The notes below the pieces were generated by a model. The model saw only the letters and a list, made by a program, of their open reading frames with translations, searched no databases and was not told the origin of the DNA. Below, in pieces: positions 21,279-25,935 of a DNA stretch of 25,935 nt (positions within the stretch are counted from its first letter, which is position 1; the number at the start of each line of letters is the position of its first letter). Both the position numbers and the translations under genes were made by a program. The stretch comes from Patescibacteria group bacterium (lineage in GTDB: Bacteria > Patescibacteriota > Microgenomatia > CAYGWK01), in the NCBI GenBank assembly GCA_049322615.1, contig JBMORX010000004.1:1-25935 (forward strand), written 5' to 3'.

Positions 21279-22799
21279 ATGAAAAATTTAAAATTACAAT
21301 TTAAAATTAAAAATTTTATATCGGAATGGAAATTGACAATAGTCTTTGGGTTGATGATTATTACTTTGTTTTTTGCTCTACGCCTTATTAATTTGACGAT
21401 TCTTCCTATTTTTGCCGATGAGGCGATTTATATTCGTTGGTCTCAAGTAATGCGGGTCGAACCGACTTTACGATTTCTTCCTCTTTCTGACGGAAAACAA
21501 CCTCTTTTTATGTGGTTAACCATTCCCTTTTTAAAATTTTTCCCTGATCCGTTGGTTGCCGGAAGAATGGTCTCTATTTTGGCTGGGTTTGCTACCATGG
21601 TGGGAATATTTTTACTAACACTTCAATTATTCAAATTACGGATAGCTCTGTTGGCGAGTTTACTTTATGCGGTTTCCCCTTTTACTGTTTTCTTTGACCG
21701 AATGGCTTTGGTTGACTCACTACTTTCTATGTTTGGAATTTGGGTTTTGTATTTTGGAATTTTGCTCACGAGATACCAGCGACTTGATTTAGCGATGATA
21801 ACAGGGATGATATTGGGGGCAGCTCTCTTAACAAAATCTCCGGCGACATTTTTTGCTATTCTTTTACCGGCAACAGTGATACTTTTGTCATTTAAATTAA
21901 AAAAAGATTTAATTGTTCAATTAATTAAAGTGGTAGGTTTATGGTCGGTGGTTTACTTTTTTGCTTATGGTTTGTATAACATCCAGCGCCTGGGTCCAAA
22001 TTTTCAAATGATTGCTCTTCGGAATAAAGACTATGTCTTTTCCCTAAGTCATCTTCTTACTAATCCTTTAGACCCATTTCAGTTTCATCTTGCCGAAATT
22101 TGGCAGTGGTTTGGCACACTTTTAACCTGGCCCATATTCTTAGTTAGTTTAGCGGGTATTTTTCTGGCTTTAAGAAAAAATCTAAAACCAGCCCTTTTGC
22201 TTTTGCTGTGGTTGACAGTTCCCCTGCTTGTCCAAGCCGAATTTGCCAAAGTTTTCACTGCCCGCTATATTTTGTTTTCCGTGCCAATCCTTTTAGTTTT
22301 TTCTGCCTTGGGATTATCGTTAGGAAGGCTTCTTTTTTGGTTAATTATTTTAATTTTCCCTTTATATTTTGATTTTTTGCTTCTAACTGATCCTTCAAGG
22401 GCGCCTCTCCCCAGGCGGGAAAGAGCCGGTTATCTTGAGGAGTGGACAGCCGGAACTGGGATTAAGGAGGCAGCCTACTATCTTAAAGAACAGGCAAAGA
22501 CAAGAAAAATATTAGTGGGGACAGAGGGTTACTTCGGCACTCTTCCAGATGGTTTACAAATGTATCTTGAGCGCATCCCAAATATAACAGTTGTCGGCAT
22601 TGGTCTTTATCCAGAAAAAGTTCCAGATTCACTTATCTCTGGTTTGACTGATAATGAGGTTTATCTTTTAATTAACAATGAAAGACTTGCCCTTAAACCG
22701 GAAGAGCATAATCTTACCTTGGTGGCTAATTATCCTAAGGCAAAAAGACCGAACGGAACTCATCAGTCCTTACTTCTTTTTCTGGTAAAATCGCGTTAG
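21279..22799 (+). CDS. GT-C membrane glycosyltransferase (ArnT/PMT_2-like)
   Basis: TM1 then PIFADEAIYIRWSQ (DE loop motif). Polytopic, with a C-terminal soluble domain. Confidence 0.85.
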   Translation: MKNLKLQFKIKNFISEWKLTIVFGLMIITLFFALRLINLTILPIFADEAIYIRWSQVMRVEPTLRFLPLSDGKQPLFMWLTIPFLKFFPDPLVAGRMVSILAGFATMVGIFLLTLQLFKLRIALLASLLYAVSPFTVFFDRMALVDSLLSMFGIWVLYFGILLTRYQRLDLAMITGMILGAALLTKSPATFFAILLPATVILLSFKLKKDLIVQLIKVVGLWSVVYFFAYGLYNIQRLGPNFQMIALRNKDYVFSLSHLLTNPLDPFQFHLAEIWQWFGTLLTWPIFLVSLAGIFLALRKNLKPALLLLLWLTVPLLVQAEFAKVFTARYILFSVPILLVFSALGLSLGRLLFWLIILIFPLYFDFLLLTDPSRAPLPRRERAGYLEEWTAGTGIKEAAYYLKEQAKTRKILVGTEGYFGTLPDGLQMYLERIPNITVVGIGLYPEKVPDSLISGLTDNEVYLLINNERLALKPEEHNLTLVANYPKAKRPNGTHQSLLLFLVKSR

Positions 22800-22817
22800 A
22801 CGCGGTAAAATGAGCGT

Positions 22818-24515
22818 ATGTTCAAGAAGACCCTCCTCTGGATGATTTTAGTTTTATTTTTGTCGGTTTTTTCTTTCAAGTCTCTTCTTGGCCCGGGTTA
22901 TTTTCCGATGCATGATGATCTTCAGATAGGCCGGCTTTATCAAATGGATTTATGTATAAAGGATGGTCAAATTCCTTGCCGTTGGGTCCCGGATATGGGT
23001 TTTGGCTATGGTTATCCTTTATTTAACTACTACCCGCCATTTCCGTATTATGCTGCAGAAATATTTCATTTAGTTGGTTTTAGTCTGATTGACTCGATTA
23101 AGATTCTTTTTATCTTGGGACTTGTCTTCTCTGGAATTTTTGCCTATCTTTTGGGAAGTCAGTTATGGGGAAAATATGGTGGTTTAGTAGTGGCTGTTTT
23201 TTATATTTATGCTCCATATCATGCGGTTGATGTTTATGTCCGAGGGGCACTAAATGAGTTTTGGGGATTGGTTTTCTTTCCGGCAATTTTTTGGGTGGTT
23301 TACAAAATTATCAAGGAAGAAAAGAAAATTTATGTAGCAACTTTAGCGCTATTTTTTGCCTTGCTACTTTTGTCTCATAATTTAATGGCTTTCTTCTTTG
23401 CTCCTGCGGTGGCAGCGTGGGGTATATTTTTACTTTGGTATCTTAAAAAACCCTGGAAAATCTTAATCCAACCTGCTCTAGGGGGAATTTGGGGAGTGGG
23501 TTTGGCGGCTTTTTTTACCTTACCGGTTATCTTTGAACAAAAATTTGTCCACGTTGAGACAATGTTTATTGGTTATTTTAATTATCTGGCGCATTTTGCG
23601 ACCATTAATCAGCTCTTTTTTAGTCGCTTTTGGGGTTATGGTCCATCAGTCTGGGGGACGGAGGATGGCATGCCTTTTCCTATTGGTCATTTACATTGGA
23701 TTATCGCTACTATTTCTTTAATTATTTTTACCTTTTTGTGGTTTAAGAAAAAAATAACTATCCATTACTATTTACTGTTCACTATTTACTATTTACTATT
23801 TTTAGGAACTGCCTTTTTAGCTCACCAGCGTTCCACATTTGTCTGGCAGGCTGTTCCGTTTTTGGCTTCAATGCAATTCCCATGGAGATTTGTGGGAATC
23901 TCCTCATTTTTTGCCACAATTTTAGCAGGGAGCATTTTTGTCTTAATTAAGACTGAGAACAAAGCCACAATTTTAGCCGTTTTAATGGTTCTGGCAGTTG
24001 TTGGGCTTAATTATTCCTTTTTTCAACCAGAAAAAATTTTAAATATTACTGACGAGGAGAAACTTTTTTCCGCTAAAGGTTGGTACAAACTCCAAACCGA
24101 TGCTATTTTTGATTACCTACCAATTTATGCCGAAAAACCTCCGGGTGAGAAGGCACCAGATCAGCCTTGGTTTGAAGAAGGCAAAGGAGAAATCAAAAAC
24201 TTTAAAAAAGGGACTAATTGGCAAAAATTTGAAGCTAACGTGGACTCCGATAAAGCCACGATAAGATTGCCTCTTTATGATTTTCCAGGAATGAGAGTGT
24301 GGGTGGACGGAAATGAGGTAAAGATTAATCATGATAATTTTCTGGGCTTAATCACCTTTCAAGTACCACCTGGCACTCATCAATTTTCAGCCCGTCTGAC
24401 CAACACCCCTGTCCGCACCGTTTCTAATTTAATTTCCCTGATTTCTTGGTTAGAGATAGTAGGATTTATGATAAAATGCAAGTATGGCAGAATTGACAAG
24501 CGGACCGGAAATTGA
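22818..24515 (+). CDS. large polytopic membrane protein, GT-C-like (resembles the COG5617 / PTPS-related / YfhO-type membrane glycosyltransferase class)
   Basis: N-terminal TM then GYFPMHDDLQIGRLYQMDLCIKDGQIPCRWVPDMGFGYGYPLFNYYPPFPYY. More than 10 TM helices and a C-terminal beta-rich domain. Family assignment is from memory. Confidence 0.65.
   Translation: MFKKTLLWMILVLFLSVFSFKSLLGPGYFPMHDDLQIGRLYQMDLCIKDGQIPCRWVPDMGFGYGYPLFNYYPPFPYYAAEIFHLVGFSLIDSIKILFILGLVFSGIFAYLLGSQLWGKYGGLVVAVFYIYAPYHAVDVYVRGALNEFWGLVFFPAIFWVVYKIIKEEKKIYVATLALFFALLLLSHNLMAFFFAPAVAAWGIFLLWYLKKPWKILIQPALGGIWGVGLAAFFTLPVIFEQKFVHVETMFIGYFNYLAHFATINQLFFSRFWGYGPSVWGTEDGMPFPIGHLHWIIATISLIIFTFLWFKKKITIHYYLLFTIYYLLFLGTAFLAHQRSTFVWQAVPFLASMQFPWRFVGISSFFATILAGSIFVLIKTENKATILAVLMVLAVVGLNYSFFQPEKILNITDEEKLFSAKGWYKLQTDAIFDYLPIYAEKPPGEKAPDQPWFEEGKGEIKNFKKGTNWQKFEANVDSDKATIRLPLYDFPGMRVWVDGNEVKINHDNFLGLITFQVPPGTHQFSARLTNTPVRTVSNLISLISWLEIVGFMIKCKYGRIDKRTGN
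23766..23801 (+). repeat. heptanucleotide tandem repeat, 5 units (3 perfect ACTATTT plus 2 degenerate), inside the coding sequence
   Basis: TACTATT TACTGTT CACTATT TACTATT TACTATT encodes YYLLFTIYYLLF. Confidence 0.85.
24469..24477 (+). promoter_or_regulatory. extended -10 (TGaTAAAAT), 6 nt upstream of the flippase ATG, embedded in the 3' end of the preceding gene
   Basis: TG 24469-24470, TAAAAT 24472-24477, GCAAGT, ATG 24484. Confidence 0.4.
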
Positions 24516-25935
24516 CCTTGAAACGGTTAAAGATAGGGCGGTTAAAGGGGTGATTGCTTTAACCGGTCGGACCTTCTTTCTTCAAGTAATTTCTTTCTTT
24601 GGTTTTTTCTTTTTAACCGTTTTTTTGGGGAGAGCGGACATTGGATTTTTCTTTGCTGTTTCGGAATTGGTCGCCATTCTGGGTTACTTTTCTGACATTG
24701 GTTTGGCGGCAGCTTTAATTCAAAAAAAAGAAAAACCATCTTTGGAGGATATTCGTAGTACTTTTACTATTCAACAGGCATTGGTTTTAGTCCTGGTCGG
24801 TTTGGTTTTTATTCTTACCCCATGGCTGAGGTTTTTTTATAATATTAGTCAATCTGGAATCTGGTTACTTTGGGCACTGACGGTTGGTTTCTTTCTGGCG
24901 TCATTAAAAACAATCCCTTCGGTTCTTTTAGAAAGAGACTTACGTTTTGATCTTTTGGTAGTAGTAGAAATCGTCGAATCTCTTCTCTTTTATGGGATAG
25001 CGGTTTTCCTTGCCTGGAGGGGTTTTGGTGTTATCAGCTATGCTTGGGCAGTTCTGACAAGAGGAGTAGTTGGCGTGATTTTAATCTATATTTTTTCACC
25101 CTGGCGCATTGGTTTTGCTTTTGAACTTGATTCTTTAAGACATCTGTTGCGTTTTGGCGTTCCCTATCAAGCCAATACTTTTTTGGCGGTTGTTAAAGAC
25201 CGTTTGATGAATGTCTTTTTATGGAAAATTATTGGCGCAGAAGGAGTGGGAATTTTGGGTTGGGCGCAAAAATGGGCGCAAATGCCTTTGCGTTTTATTA
25301 TGGACTCGGTAATGAAGGTGACATTTCCCGCTTATGCGAGAATGCAGGAGGAAAAGGAGGAGTTAAAGAAAGCGATTGAAAAAACTTTATATTTTATCTC
25401 TCTTTTGACTTTTCCGATGTTGGTTGGCATGGTTTTCTTAGCCAAGCCTCTAGTGTATCTGATTCCGAAATACGAAAAATGGGGGGTGGCTTTGTTGGCT
25501 TTGACTTTTTACGCCGCAAACAGCGTCTGGGCATCGGTGACGACTCCTTTAACTAATGCCCTGGCGGCAGTCGGTAAAATCAGAACAGTTTTTAAATTGA
25601 TGGTTATGTGGACAGTTTTAACCTGGATATTTTTTCCACTTTTGGCTATCAAATATGGCTATGATGGTGTTGCCTTAGCTTCTGCTTTGGTCGCCACGAG
25701 TTCAATCGTTGCTATCTTGGTGACCCGAAAAATTATTAGATTTGATTTTTGGCAGAGCATCAAAAAGCCGTTCTTTGCCAGTTTTATTATGGGAATTTTG
25801 CTTTTGCTTTTAACACCTTATTTAGCTAAAGATATCTTAGGAGTTACGCTCTTGGCAGTTTTCGGGGGTGTTTTCTACTTCGGTTTAATCTATCTCCTCG
25901 CTGGGCAGGAATTTATAACCGCTTTGCCAAAACCC
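24484..25935 (+). CDS. Wzx-like oligosaccharide/polysaccharide flippase (MOP superfamily), 3'-truncated by the window edge
   Basis: Open frame from ATG 24484 to the window end (484 codons). It is absent from the ORF track because it has no stop. MAELTSGPEIDLETVKDRAVKGVIALTGRTFFLQVISFFGFFFLTVFLGRADIGFFFAVSELVAILGYFSDIGLAAALIQKKE... and ...WAQKWAQMPLRFIMDSVMKVTFPAYARMQ are typical of polysaccharide biosynthesis (Wzx) proteins. Confidence 0.85.
   Translation, partial: MAELTSGPEIDLETVKDRAVKGVIALTGRTFFLQVISFFGFFFLTVFLGRADIGFFFAVSELVAILGYFSDIGLAAALIQKKEKPSLEDIRSTFTIQQALVLVLVGLVFILTPWLRFFYNISQSGIWLLWALTVGFFLASLKTIPSVLLERDLRFDLLVVVEIVESLLFYGIAVFLAWRGFGVISYAWAVLTRGVVGVILIYIFSPWRIGFAFELDSLRHLLRFGVPYQANTFLAVVKDRLMNVFLWKIIGAEGVGILGWAQKWAQMPLRFIMDSVMKVTFPAYARMQEEKEELKKAIEKTLYFISLLTFPMLVGMVFLAKPLVYLIPKYEKWGVALLALTFYAANSVWASVTTPLTNALAAVGKIRTVFKLMVMWTVLTWIFFPLLAIKYGYDGVALASALVATSSIVAILVTRKIIRFDFWQSIKKPFFASFIMGILLLLLTPYLAKDILGVTLLAVFGGVFYFGLIYLLAGQEFITALPKP

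Noticed and set aside
13704-24515. Reading the cluster as the Arn (lipid A Ara4N) pathway, because it combines ugd, an ArnC-like GT2 and ArnT-like GT-C genes.
   Set aside because: No ArnA, ArnB or ArnD (decarboxylase/formyltransferase, aminotransferase, deformylase) equivalents are present in the window. The number of GT-C genes (five) and the likely lack of LPS in this type of organism argue for a different acceptor.
1509-24739. Short ORFs in the track that lie antisense or out of frame within confident genes. Examples: 1094-1291, 1509-1754, 1718-2146, 2568-2798, 3635-3949, 3908-4153, 4571-4783, 4623-4850, 4889-5173, 4938-5159, 5560-5820, 6225-6410, 8289-8546, 8386-8583, 9885-10160, 10379-10687, 11483-11722, 13296-13493, 14786-15103, 17259-17447, 17682-17900, 18325-18549, 18817-19068, 19962-20204, 20903-21163, 23533-23721, 24117-24332, 24542-24739.
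   Set aside because: Each is fully or largely nested in a longer ORF with recognisable family motifs. They have biased or low-complexity composition, lack SD or promoter context, and show no recognisable domains.
1-25935. CRISPR array, rRNA or tRNA genes, prophage structural genes, or an alternative genetic code (UGA recoding as in some CPR lineages).
   Set aside because: No regularly spaced 25-40-nt repeats and no rRNA- or tRNA-like segments were found. There are no phage-like genes apart from the small transposase cassettes. Well-supported genes terminate at TGA (for example 17519, 19039, 20514) and have no in-frame TGA, so the standard code applies.

Overview
AT-rich bacterial window that uses the standard genetic code, since TAA, TAG and TGA all close long ORFs. 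The gene content suggests a Patescibacteria/CPR (Microgenomates-like) genome: many ArnT/PMT-like GT-C membrane proteins, a sortase, RtcB, a four-helix-bundle gene, and GC-rich palindromic islets in AT-rich DNA. That taxonomic call is inference only.

Layout:
(1) 1-950: 3' end of an rve-type transposase, a DUF2292-like small gene, then about 580 bp of ORF-poor DNA full of hairpins, two intrinsic terminators and GC-rich nested inverted repeats.
(2) 951-5704: cell-surface locus. It holds a frameshifted secreted two-repeat protein, a 915-aa repeat/DUF11-like surface protein, a Pro-rich FN3 protein and a sortase.
(3) 5705-8102: candidate small RNA, DUF3800 gene, CAP-domain membrane protein and a small membrane protein.
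(4) 8099-13707: housekeeping genes (rtcB, YkuK-like, sugar-1-P nucleotidyltransferase, trmD, ugd), interrupted by a Y1/HUH (RAYT/IS200-like) transposase gene bracketed by ~57-nt direct repeats.
(5) 13704-25935: large glycosylation cluster with three GT2 polyprenyl-phosphate glycosyl synthases (one fused to GtrA), five GT-C-type polytopic transferases and a Wzx-like flippase that runs off the window. A four-helix-bundle (Avd/23S-IVS family) cassette flanked by direct repeats interrupts it.

Most notable observations:
- Perfect heptanucleotide tandem repeats lie inside two GT-C genes, and related CAAAT-unit repeats sit at the surface-operon start. These may be contingency loci.
- The GT2 -> GT-C module is triplicated.
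- The sortase locus has non-canonical sorting signals.
- GC-rich palindromic mini-elements are embedded in frame in coding DNA.
- A promoter-to-terminator structured RNA candidate abuts the DUF3800 gene.
- About ten gene starts have a -10 box 6-11 nt upstream of the ATG, a leaderless-type architecture.

No rRNA, tRNA or CRISPR array was seen.
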